64,000 nucleotides of DNA from assembly GCA_963799925.1 (NCBI GenBank), contig CAWCYZ010000004.1, positions 1,355,170 through 1,419,169 on the forward strand. The letters run 5' to 3'. Shown here piece by piece: positions 12,420 through 40,577 of the stretch. The notes beneath the pieces were generated by a model. It worked only from the letters and a program-made list of their open reading frames with translations, made no database searches and had not been told where the DNA came from. This DNA comes from an uncultured Acidobacteriota bacterium. GTDB taxonomy: Bacteria > Acidobacteriota > Thermoanaerobaculia > Multivoradales > UBA5704. Each line of letters starts with the position of its first letter. Position 1 is the stretch's first letter. Both the position numbers and the translations under genes were made by a program.

Positions 12420-12761
12420 ATGCATACCGTGACCCTGGAAGTCTCAACTCGCGAGGAGGCCGATCGCCGTTTCCTGCGCGCCGTCGAGGGCCAACCCCAA
12501 GGGGCGTTCATCAGCTTCGAGACCCCAGCGTTATTGTTCAAGGTGTTGACGCAGAAGCGATGGGAGCTGCTTTCAGCCATGACGGGTGAGGGTCCCATGA
12601 CCTTGCGTGAGGCGGCCCGCCGGGTCGGGCGGGACGTGAAAGCCGTGCACGGCGACGTTCATGCGCTGCTCACCGTCGGAATCCTGCAAAAGACAGCTGC
12701 AGGCCGGATCGTGTTCCCGTTCGATGCCGTGCGCGTCAATTTTGTGCTGCAGGCGGCCTGA
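12420..12761 (+). CDS. Small HTH DNA-binding protein of the HVO_A0114/TumA type (putative partner of the TumE-like gene), 113 aa
   Basis: ATG at 12420, in frame with ORF 12282..12761. Candidate helix-turn-helix segment MTLREAARRVGRDVKAVHGDVHALLTVGIL. Tight coupling to the upstream gene (1-nt spacer) is typical of two-gene toxin-antitoxin-like cassettes. Confidence 0.45.
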   Translation: MHTVTLEVSTREEADRRFLRAVEGQPQGAFISFETPALLFKVLTQKRWELLSAMTGEGPMTLREAARRVGRDVKAVHGDVHALLTVGILQKTAAGRIVFPFDAVRVNFVLQAA

Positions 12762-12846
12762 TCCATGGGGCTCGGGCGGCGCTGGCGCCCCGACCATCTC
12801 TCTGCTGGATGGTGGAGGAAGCGCGAGGACGGCCTGACGAGAGCGG

Positions 12847-13212
12847 TCATCCCGGATCGTTCGGGTTGGGCTTCGGGGCGGCGTCGCCTTCGGGGGGCGG
12901 CAGGGGGATGGCGGCGAGGCGGCAGCCGGCGGCCAGGATCGTGGCCAGGAAGGCCACGGTGATCGCCAGGCTGGTGCCCTGCCAGAGACCGCCGAACCAC
13001 CGGCGGAGCTCGTAGGCGAAGACGTTCGCCTGGCCGCCGTACATCTCCAGCTGCCGGAGGGACTGTTTGCTGTCCTCCATGTTGCCCAGGGGATCTTCGG
13101 GCGGCGGCGCGGCGGTCCGGTAGATCACCAGGGCGGCGAGGAGACCGGCGATCAGGATCGCGTGGCTCAGGATGCGGAGCGTCCTGGTGCGCGCGGCTGG
13201 TGTGACGCTCAT
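12847..13212 (-). CDS. Small membrane protein, 121 aa, two predicted transmembrane helices; hypothetical
   Basis: ORF 12847..13560 trimmed to Met MSVTPAARTRTL at 13212. The longer N-terminal extension would overlap the start of the LanB-like gene. Hydrophobic stretches ILIAGLLAALVIY and LAITVAFLATILAAG. Transcribed divergently from the first LanB-like gene. Confidence 0.35.
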   Translation of the reverse strand: MSVTPAARTRTLRILSHAILIAGLLAALVIYRTAAPPPEDPLGNMEDSKQSLRQLEMYGGQANVFAYELRRWFGGLWQGTSLAITVAFLATILAAGCRLAAIPLPPPEGDAAPKPNPNDPG

Positions 13213-13457
13213 GCTTGGGTTCCCCCTCGCCGCGTCGCCGGTCGAGAGATCTGCCCGGCGTCCGGCATGCGGGGGGATTCTATGGGGCTCGCAGATCCAG
13301 CGGACCGGGTCGGTCGATTTCCCGTGGGACGGCTCGGCCCGGCCCCGGGCCGCGGCAGCGCTTACGCTCGGCGCGAGAGGCTTACCGGGGGTCGGGCAAG
13401 GCTCATGCTCCGCGCGATAGGCTGACCTCTCCGCGAGGACGGTCAACTTGACGAGGC

Positions 13458-16157
13458 ATGACGACCATGAAGCGCAGCCGAGAACTGCCGGATCCCTCCG
13501 ACTCGCACCTGGAATCTGCGGGCGACCACGCTGCCGGCCGGGGCGATCCCGGTCGCTCACGGCCGGACGCCCCGCTCCCCGGCCATCTCCTGCCGCTGGC
13601 GGGCGAGCCCACCGGCCAGTGGGCGCTCTGGCGCACCTTCGCCGTGCGCGGCGCCGGCTTCCCGGCGGCCGATGTCCTGCGATTGGCGGATGCCGCCTGC
13701 GCGGCGGCGGCCGATCGGCTGAGCGCGGCGGAGGCGGCGGCGGAAAGGCTGCGCCAGACCGCGCTCGAGGTGCTGCGCGGCGAGCTGCCGAGCGTGGGCA
13801 AGAGCCGGCTCGATCCCCGCGTCAAGGCGATCCGGCGCCTCGAGCGGCGGCAGCCCGCCGCGGCCGCGGGGCTCGGCCGGTCCGCGGCGGCGGCGCTCGC
13901 GGCGTGGGAGGAGGCGGCGGCGCGCGCCGCCGCCGAGACGACAGTCTATGAGGCCGCCTTCGCGGCGGCTGAGGACCGCCTCGAACAGGAGCTCCGCGGC
14001 GTCGCCACGAGCCCGCGCTTCCGCGAGGCGGTCGTCTGGCAGAACCGCCATGCCGTCGAGACGGGGCTCGAGCCCTTCCTGCGCCGGCGAGAGGGGGCGG
14101 CCGGCGCCTCGGCCCGTCGCCGCGGGCAGGTCCAGATGATCGCCTCCTATCTCCAGCGCTACTGCACCAAGAACGACTCGATCGGATTCTTCGGTCCGGT
14201 CGGTTGGGGCCGGCTGGGAGAGGGCCGCGAGGCGATCGCCGTCCAGCCCGGCGAGGACCTGCTCGCCTCGCGGCAGGTCTACTTCGAGGAATGGGCGATC
14301 GACGCCATCGCCCAACGGCTCGCGGCGGACGTGGCGATGCGCCCCTGGCTCGCCCCCCGGCGCTCGCCGTACCTGCGGCGGGAGGGCGATGGTTACCTCA
14401 CGCCGAACGGCGCCAGGATCGAGCTCGGTCCGCTCTCCGGCGCCCTCATCGCCGCCTGCGACGGCACGCGCTCGGCACGCGTGCTGCTGCGGGAGCTGGG
14501 TCCGGCCCTCACCCCCGACCAGGAGGCGACCCTGTGGGGGCTGCTCGCCGACTTCCACGCCAAGGGCCTGATCCGCTGGTCGTTCCAGATCCCGCTGTCG
14601 ATGACCGCCGAGCGCACGCTGCGGGACCTGCTCCTGGAGGTCGAGGAGGAGCCGCTGCGCGAGGGCGCCCTCGCGCTCCTCGACGAGGTCGTCCGCGCGC
14701 GCGACGAGGTTGCCCGTGCGCGCGGCGACGCCGAGGCGCTCGGGCGCGCCCTCGCCGAGCTCGAGGCGACCTTCACGCGCGCTACCGGCCGGCTCGCGAC
14801 GCGCGGCGACGGCCAGCTCTATGCGGGACGCACGCTGATCCACGAGGACTGCCGGCGCGACCTCGACGTCGAGCTCGGAGCGCCCTTCCTGGCCGAGATC
14901 GCTCCGGCCCTCGGCCTCGTCCTCGATAGCGCCCGCTGGATCACCCAGCTCGTCGCGCGGAGCCACCGGGAGCGTTTCGAGGCGACCTACGCGCAGCTGA
15001 GCCGCGACCGAGGCACGCCGCAGGTCGACCTGCTGAGCTTCGCCCGCGCCGCCGTACCGCTCCTGCTCAACCGGGAGACCCGCCAGATGCTCGAGCGCGA
15101 GATGCAGGACCGGTGGGAGAGGGTCTTGCAGATCCCGGAGGGGGCGCGGCGGATCGTGCGCAAGAGCGCCGAGCTCGGCCCGCGGGTGGCCGAGGAGTTC
15201 GCCGCGTCCAGCGCCGGATGGGTCAAGGCGCGCTACCACAGCCCCGACCTCCTCATCGCCGCTCCCAGCGTCGAGGCGATCCGGCGGGGCGACTACGAGG
15301 TCGTCCTGGGAGAGCTGCACGTCGCCATCAACACCCTCGATCGGGCGGTCCTCTTCTCGCAGCACCCCGAGCCCGAACGGCTCCGCGCCGCCATCGAGTC
15401 CGATCTGCCGGAACCGTGCGTGATTCCGGTGCTGCCCAAGTGGGGCCAGGAGGAGGCGGTGGCGGGGCTCGGCTTGCCGATCTGGGCGGCCAACGGCCGG
15501 CTGGACCTCGCTCTGCGCTCGCCGAAGGACTTCTACCTCGACCTCTCGCTCGACCCTCCCGGCTTCCCGCCCTCGCAGGTCCTGCCGGTCGGCGAGCTCG
15601 TCGTCGAGGCGGCCGACGGCGGCCTGGTCGTCGCGACCCGCGAGGGCGGCGCCCGCTTCGACGTCATCGACTTCTTCCAATTCGTCCTGATGGCGCAGGT
15701 CATCAGGGCCTTCCGCGTGTCGCCCCCCGGCAGCCACACGCCGCGGGTCACCATCGACCGGCTGGTGGTCAGCCGCGAGAGCTGGAGCTTCGCTACCGGC
15801 GGGCTCGGCTGCGCTCAGGAGCCGACCGCGCCGCGGCGCTTCGCCGCGGTCCGGCGCTGGGCGGCAGAGCACGAGCTGCCGCGTTTCCTCTTCGCCAAGC
15901 CGCAGAACGAGGGGAAGCCGTTCTACGTCGATCTCGAGAGCCCGGTCCTCGTCGAGGTCCTCGCCAAGGCCGTCCGCGGCGCGGCGAAGGCGGACCCGCG
16001 AACGCCGATCCACCTCTCCGAGATGTTGCCCGGCCACGATCAGCTCTGGCTGCCCGATTCCCAAGGCAACCTCTACACCGCCGAGCTGCGGATGGTGGCA
16101 CTCGATCTGGCGCGTCCAGGGGAGCCGGGAGTGCGGACGACGAAGTCGGAGGGGTGA
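13458..16157 (+). CDS. LanB-family dehydratase N-terminal (glutamylation) domain protein lacking the C-terminal elimination domain; PEARL (peptide aminoacyl-tRNA ligase) / split-LanB-like, 899 aa
   Basis: Intact 899-aa ORF. LanB-like signatures: N-terminal WALWRTFAVRGAGFPAADVL (compare the FxxRTPLLP region of LanB) and YLQRYCTKNDSIGFFGPVGWGRL (compare LanB RYxxRxxxRxTPFGLFAGV). The size matches Lant_dehydr_N-only proteins such as TglB-type PEARLs and thiopeptide split dehydratases, with no SpaB_C-like C-terminal part. A paralog lies 2.2 kb downstream. Confidence 0.6.
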   Translation: MTTMKRSRELPDPSDSHLESAGDHAAGRGDPGRSRPDAPLPGHLLPLAGEPTGQWALWRTFAVRGAGFPAADVLRLADAACAAAADRLSAAEAAAERLRQTALEVLRGELPSVGKSRLDPRVKAIRRLERRQPAAAAGLGRSAAAALAAWEEAAARAAAETTVYEAAFAAAEDRLEQELRGVATSPRFREAVVWQNRHAVETGLEPFLRRREGAAGASARRRGQVQMIASYLQRYCTKNDSIGFFGPVGWGRLGEGREAIAVQPGEDLLASRQVYFEEWAIDAIAQRLAADVAMRPWLAPRRSPYLRREGDGYLTPNGARIELGPLSGALIAACDGTRSARVLLRELGPALTPDQEATLWGLLADFHAKGLIRWSFQIPLSMTAERTLRDLLLEVEEEPLREGALALLDEVVRARDEVARARGDAEALGRALAELEATFTRATGRLATRGDGQLYAGRTLIHEDCRRDLDVELGAPFLAEIAPALGLVLDSARWITQLVARSHRERFEATYAQLSRDRGTPQVDLLSFARAAVPLLLNRETRQMLEREMQDRWERVLQIPEGARRIVRKSAELGPRVAEEFAASSAGWVKARYHSPDLLIAAPSVEAIRRGDYEVVLGELHVAINTLDRAVLFSQHPEPERLRAAIESDLPEPCVIPVLPKWGQEEAVAGLGLPIWAANGRLDLALRSPKDFYLDLSLDPPGFPPSQVLPVGELVVEAADGGLVVATREGGARFDVIDFFQFVLMAQVIRAFRVSPPGSHTPRVTIDRLVVSRESWSFATGGLGCAQEPTAPRRFAAVRRWAAEHELPRFLFAKPQNEGKPFYVDLESPVLVEVLAKAVRGAAKADPRTPIHLSEMLPGHDQLWLPDSQGNLYTAELRMVALDLARPGEPGVRTTKSEG

Positions 16158-16216
16158 GATCGCGGCGGGTCGACGCGGGTGCGGCCACCTGGGAACCAGG
16201 CTTCAGAGCCGCTCCA

Positions 16217-16981
16217 CTAGCGCCTCCGCCACGGCAGCGAGTCCGCCACCACCCAGGCGGCGCCCATCACGGTGAGATTGAGGACATTCTCGCTCAGGAC
16301 CGTATGGCTGGAGGGAGCGGCCAGGAGCATCGGCCCGTGCACCAGCAGGGTGAAGGACGCGAACATGGCGGTCAGCAGGATCGTGGCGAGGCGGGCTTGC
16401 ACGCCGGTCAGGATCGCAATGCCCGCCGCGATGAGGCCAACCCCGGTCGCATAAGCCCAGAACTCTTGCGAAGGCGGCAGCCATTTGGGGACCAGAGGGG
16501 CGGTGAGGTTCAGGTAGAAAAAATGCGCTCCGCCGAACAGCAGCGCGCAGAGCCCGAAGGCCAGTTGGCCCAGGCGCGTGAGGCGTGCGGCCAGGGCCGC
16601 ATCGATCTTGGCGCTGGCGGCGTAGACGATCAGGCCGCCCGCCGCGATCGCGAGCTGCTCGGCGGCGCCGCTGTAGGCGCCGAACTCGGCGTAGTGGGCG
16701 AGCACCACGCGGCCGTACATCAGGATGACGACGATGAGCGCGTAGTAAGCGGTGAGCGCCGCGGCGCCCCAGGCCGTGGTCCGACGCCACTCGACGGCCG
16801 CGCCCGCGACGAGCAGGAACGCAGCGGCGGCATAGGCCAGGGCGGTGCGGGCGGGAAAGTCCTTGGGCACCGGCTGCCCGAGGTCGAAGTTCCCCCACGC
16901 CAGGCAGACCATGCCCAACGCCATCACGCCCAGGCCGTACACGCGCCAGCCGAAGGCCATCGGCGTCTTTTCCGCGGTCAT
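16217..16981 (-). CDS. Polytopic integral membrane protein, about 254 aa, 7-8 predicted TM helices; unknown family
   Basis: ORF 16217..17077 trimmed to MTAEKTPMAFGW at 16981, with a GGTGA 8 nt upstream. Hydrophobic segments throughout (GLGVMALGMVCLAW, LAYAAAAFLLVAGAAV, YYALIVVILMYG, LAFGLCALLFGGAHFFYL, GVGLIAAGIAILTG, LTAMFASFTLLVHG). Convergent with the first LanB-like gene. Confidence 0.55.
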   Translation of the reverse strand: MTAEKTPMAFGWRVYGLGVMALGMVCLAWGNFDLGQPVPKDFPARTALAYAAAAFLLVAGAAVEWRRTTAWGAAALTAYYALIVVILMYGRVVLAHYAEFGAYSGAAEQLAIAAGGLIVYAASAKIDAALAARLTRLGQLAFGLCALLFGGAHFFYLNLTAPLVPKWLPPSQEFWAYATGVGLIAAGIAILTGVQARLATILLTAMFASFTLLVHGPMLLAAPSSHTVLSENVLNLTVMGAAWVVADSLPWRRR

Positions 16982-17129
16982 GAATTTTTCACCCGCGACT
17001 ATACAACTAGCCGGCCAGCTCTGACGTCCCCGGCCGGTGGGCCGCACCATGACCTTGATCGCCTGGCGCTCGTTCATCGCCCGGTAGCCGTCGGGAACCT
17101 CGTCGAGGCGGATGGCCCGGGAGAGCTCG

Positions 17130-17640
17130 GCGCGCGGCGTGGTAGCTCGGCGCGCGGCGCGGTAGCCCAGCGCATCGAGCGGAAACCCGGCGCGCGGTGC
17201 GGTAGCCCAGCGCGCGGCCGGGAAGGCGAGCGCATCGAGCGGAAGCCCAGCGCGTGAACGGGAGAACGAGCGCGCGGCCGGGAAGCCCGGCGCGCGAACG
17301 GGAAGCCGGGCGCGTGAACGGGAAGCCGGGCGCGCGAACGGGAGAGCCGAGCGCGCGGCCGGGAAACCCGGCGCGCGACGGAGCGAGCGGAAGAGTGCGG
17401 GTCTTCCGGGAAGAGACGGCGCCTAAGAGGAAAAAATGAGTTTTTCCCGGAAGAGGGAAGGGCGCAACCGGAAGGCGTCAACCCTTCCCGGAAGAGCTCG
17501 CGAGCGGCGGGAAAACCCCGGCTCTTCCCGGATAACCACGGCTCTTCCCGGAAAAGGGCGGGCGGGAAGGGGAAGAGCCGGGCCCTTCCCGGAAGAGGGC
17601 GCGCGCCGCGGGAAGACGCGAGCCCTTCCCGCCGGCTCAG
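17130..17640. repeat. Non-coding degenerate tandem-repeat array made of two repeat families
   Basis: Family A, 17130-17400: about 20-bp units such as gcgcgcgaacgggaagccgg and gcgcgcggcgcggtagcccag, repeated about 8 times. Family B, 17400-17640: 7 copies of CTTCCCGGAAGAG-like units spaced about 25-35 bp apart, with core palindrome TTCC-C-GGAA. An AT-rich hairpin ggaaaaaa-tgag-tttttcc sits at about 17449-17470. The only ORFs across this region are Arg-rich repeat artefacts. Confidence 0.7.
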
Positions 17641-18017
17641 TTCACCGGCGGCCCGTCGGCCTTCGCCGCGGCGGCGGCCGAGCGGCGGCGGCGGGGGTGG
17701 CGCCGCCGCGGCGCGACGCCGAACGCGACCAACCGGTCGCTCTCGAGCCCCAGGGAGCCGCGCAGGAGCGCCGCGAGCTGGTTGCGCAGGGCGCGGCCCT
17801 GGGCGAGCGCGGTCCTCCGCGCGTGGTGGGTCTCCCGCAGCCTCGCCTCGTGCTCGAGGCTCTCCTCCTCGAGCGCGAGGGCGCGCGCGACGGGCGCCGA
17901 GAGGGCGGCGTGGAGCTCCCGCAGGTGGGGCATCTCCGCGAGCACCGCCGCCATGTTGTCCACCGTCACCCGCCAGGCGGCGATGCTCTCCTTGTAGGTC
18001 AACGGCCTGACCGGCAC
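17637..18017 (-). CDS. Hypothetical small protein, 126 aa, predicted coiled coil with an Arg-rich C-terminus
   Basis: ORF 17637..18017. High GC3 codon bias and a non-repetitive sequence (MPVRPLTYKESIAAWRVTVDNMAAVLAEMPHLRELHAALSAP...) argue that it is coding. No recognisable family. Confidence 0.35.
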   Translation of the reverse strand: MPVRPLTYKESIAAWRVTVDNMAAVLAEMPHLRELHAALSAPVARALALEEESLEHEARLRETHHARRTALAQGRALRNQLAALLRGSLGLESDRLVAFGVAPRRRHPRRRRSAAAAAKADGPPVN

Positions 18018-18412
18018 GGCGCCTCCCTCCTCCTCGCTCGCGGTACAGGATCGACCGCGGGATCGTCGCCGAAGAGGCCGTGCGTGTCAACCGGAGTTGG
18101 CGCTGAAAAATCCTCCGGCCGCGGGTGTCTTAAGCTGGGGTTCGCTCTCGCTCACCCCGGCCTACGCGCCTACGGCCGCCCTCGCCCGTAACCCCTCCTC
18201 GCCGCCGCCTGCCAGGCGCTCCGCGGCCGGGCGCTGCCGCTCGACGCCAGCCCTCACGCCGGGGCCTGGCTCGCGCTCTGCGGCGGCTTTCGGATGTCAC
18301 GTCTGGACTCGGTTGCCCACTATCCATAGGTAGATACAGCGGATGACGGCCTCTCGGCACAGGAGAGGCCGGATCAGGGGCGCGCCGCCCGCCTTCACCC
18401 TCCGGACGAGGC

Positions 18413-20984
18413 ATGGTCATCATGAATCGAAGCGCAGATCATCTCGTGCCGCTGCCCGGCGAGACCATCAGCCCATGGGCGCTCTGGCGCACCTTCGCCG
18501 TGCGCGGCGCCGGCTTTCCGGCGGCCGACGTCCTGCCGATGGCGGATGCCGTCTGCGCGGCGGCGGCCGACCGGCTGGGCGCGGTGGAGGAGGAGGCGGA
18601 GAGCCTGCGCCAGGCCGCCCTCGAGGCGTTGCGCGGCGAGCTGGCGAGCGCCGACAAGAGCCGGCTCGATCCCCTCGTCAAGGCGATCCAGCGCCTCAAG
18701 CGGCGGCAGCTCGCCTCTACGGCCGGGCTGGCCGGGCTGGCCCAGCCGACCGGCGGCGGCGCTCGATTCCTGGGCGGCGGCGGCCCGGCGCGCCGACGCC
18801 GAAAAGGCCGCCTATGAGGCCGTCTTCGCGGCGGCCGAGGACCGCCTCGAGCCGGCGCTCCGCGGCGCCGCCGAGGACCCGCGCTTCCGCGAGGCGGTCG
18901 TCTGGCAGAACCGCCACGCCATGGAGACGGGGATCGAGCCCTTCCTGCGCCGGCGGGAGGGGGCGGCTGGCCGCTCGGCCCGTGATCGCGGTCACGCCCA
19001 GATGGTCGCCTCCTATCTCCAGCGTTACTGCACCAAGAACGACACGATCGGGTTCTTCGGTCCGGTCGGCTGGGGCCGGCTGGGAGAGGGCGACCAGCCG
19101 ATCGCCGTCCAGCCCGGGGAGACTCTGCTCGCCGCGCGGCAGATCTACTTCGAGGGCTGGGCGATCGACGCCATCGCCCAACGGCTCGCCGAGGAGGATG
19201 CGATGCGCCCCTGGCTCGCCCCCCGGCGCTCGCCCTACCTGCGGCGGGAAGGCCAGGGTTACGTCACGCCGAACGGCGCGCAGATCCAGCTCGGCCCGCT
19301 CTCGAGCGCCCTTTTGGCCGCTTGCGACGGCACCCGCCCCGCCCTCGTGCTGCTGCGCGAGCTGAGCCCGGACCTCGCCCCCGACCAGGAGGAGGTCCTC
19401 CTGGGGATGCTCGCGGGCTTCCATGACAAGGGCATGATCCGCTGGTCGTTTCAGATCCCGCTGTCGATGACCCCCGAGCGCACGCTGCGGGACCTGCTCC
19501 TCGCGATCGAGGAGGAACCGCTTCGCGAGCGCGCCCTGGCGCTCCTCGACGAGATGGTCCGCGCGGCCGACGAGGTGGGCCGCGCCCGCGGTGATGCCGA
19601 GGCGCTCCGGCGCGCTCTCGGCGCGCTCGAGGCGACCTTCACGCGCGCCACCGGCCGGCTGGCGACGCAGGCCGACGGCAAGCTCTATGTGGGACGCACG
19701 CTGGTCCACGAGGACTGCCGGCGCGACCTCGACCTCGAGCTCGGAGCGCCCTTCCTGACCGCGATCGCTCCGCCCCTCTCTCTCGTCCTCGCCAGCGCCC
19801 GGTGGTTCACCCAGCGCATCGCCCGAGGCTACCGCGAGTGTTTCGCGGCGACCTACACGAAGCTGAGCGGCGAGAGGGGCTCGCGGCAGATCGACCTCTT
19901 GAGCTTCGCCCAAACCGCGTTGCCGCGCCTGGTCAACCGGGAAACCCGGCAGATGCTCCAGGGCGAGCTGCAGGCCCGGTGGGACAGGGTCCTCGCGATC
20001 CCGCCGGGGGAACGGCGGATCGTCCGCCGCAGCGCGGAGCTGCGAGCGCTGGTGGCCGAGGAGTTCGCGGCGCCCGGCCCCGGCTGGGTCAAGGCGCGCT
20101 ACCACAGCCCCGACCTCCTCATCGCCGCTCCCAGCGTCGAGGCGATCCGGCAGGGCGACTACGAGGTCGTCCTGGGAGAGCTGCACGTCGCCATCAACAC
20201 CCTCGATCGTGCGCTCTTCTTCGCCCAGCACCCCGAGCCCGAACGGCTCCGCGCCGCCATCGAGGCCGATCTGCCGGAACCCTGCTTGATTCCGCTGCTG
20301 CCCAAGGCGTGGAGCCCGGAGGAGGTGGTGGAGGGGCTCGGTCTGCTGGTATGGGCGATCAACGGCCGGATGGACCTCGCCCTGCGCTCGCCGAAGGACT
20401 TCTACCTCGACCTCTCGCTCGACCCTCCCGGCTTCCCGCCCGCACAGGTCCTGGCGATCGGCGAGCTGGTGGTCGAGGAGGCCGAGGGCGGCCTCGTCGT
20501 GGGGACCCGCGAGGGCCGTGTCCGCCTGGACGTCCTCGACTTCTTCCAATTCGTCCTCATGGCGCAGGTCATCAGCACGTTCCGCCTGCTCCCCTCCGGG
20601 AGCCACGCGCCGCGGGTCACCATCGATCGCCTGGTGGTCAGCCGCGAGAGCTGGGTCCTCAAGGCCGGCGAGCTCGACTTCGCCCGGCAGCCGACCGCGC
20701 CGGGGCGTTTCGCCGCGGCCCGGCGCTGGGCGGCAGGGCTCGGGTTGCCGCGCTTCCTCTTCGCCAAGCCGCAGAACGAGGGGAAGCCGTTCTACGTCGA
20801 TCTCGAGAGCCCCATCCTCGTCGAGATCCTCGCCAAGGCCATCCGTAGCGCGGCGAAGGCGGATGGGCACGATCTGGTCCATCTCTCCGAGATGCTGCCC
20901 GCCCATGGCCAGCTCTGGCTGCCCGATTCCCAAGGCAACCGCTACACCGCCGAGCTGCGGATGGTGGCCCTCGATCTCTCGTGA
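18413..20984 (+). CDS. Second LanB-N-terminal-domain-only (PEARL/split-LanB-like) paralog, interrupted by a 1-nt frameshift near 18745
   Basis: ORF 18413..18817 carries the N-terminus (MVIMNRSADHLVPLPGETISPWALWRTFAVRGAGFPAADVL). The gene continues in ORF 18546..20984 from about 18760 (AAYEAVFAAAEDRLEP...). Roughly 75-80% amino-acid identity with the 13458..16157 protein along the whole length, including YLQRYCTKNDTIGFFGPVGWGRL. The frameshift lies in the ggccgggctggccgggctgg repeat. Confidence 0.6.
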
Positions 20985-21224
20985 GCACGAGCTCGCGGGC
21001 CGCCTTCCCCTGCACAGCCGGCGCGAGTTTCCGCGAGCTCTGAGCGGAGCTCGCGCCCCCCTGGCCGCAGCGATGAAACCGTGGGCCCTTAGCCCAGTCT
21101 CTGCGCATACATTCCTTGTCACGATTCGTCGATGCCCGAGCACTCTGGGTAGGAGGAGATAACCGGAGATAGAGACGACAAGGCTCGTTCCAGGTGGCCC
21201 GATCCCTCCCCGACGACCGCTCGC

Positions 21225-40413
<19,189 letters not shown>

Positions 40414-40577
40414 ATGGCCGGCCGGCGCGGCCGAGCTCCCCGTCTCACCCTTGCGGCCGCGGAGGACGCCTGGACGTGAACCCGCTGCCGATCGCTACCG
40501 ACTCGCCTCACCGGGCGATGCCCGCCCGGCGTTCGTGGATTGAGTGCAACCTTCCCGCTGAAGAATGGAGATGAGAG

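Noticed and set aside
12765-13015. Small plus-strand ORFs (12765..12962, 12809..13015, 13162..13451) as candidate precursor peptides for the LanB-like enzymes
   Set aside because: They are Arg/Gly-rich, and overlap either the antisense strand of the membrane-protein gene or the divergent promoter; no leader or core-like features.
17130-17640. Possible CRISPR array
   Set aside because: The repeats are degenerate and of two different families, spacing is irregular (20-35 bp), spacers are not unique sequence, and no cas genes are in the window.
17074-18090. 338-aa ORF (and 17254..17439 +) across the tandem-repeat array
   Set aside because: The protein is Arg/Pro/Gly repeats mirroring the DNA repeats, with no codon periodicity; it is non-coding.
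20985-21224. Inverted repeats (gagctcgcgg ... ccgcgagctc; gcgagctc-tgagcg-gagctcgc) after the second LanB-like gene, as a terminator
   Set aside because: The stems are short or imperfect and there is no downstream T-tract; too weak to call.
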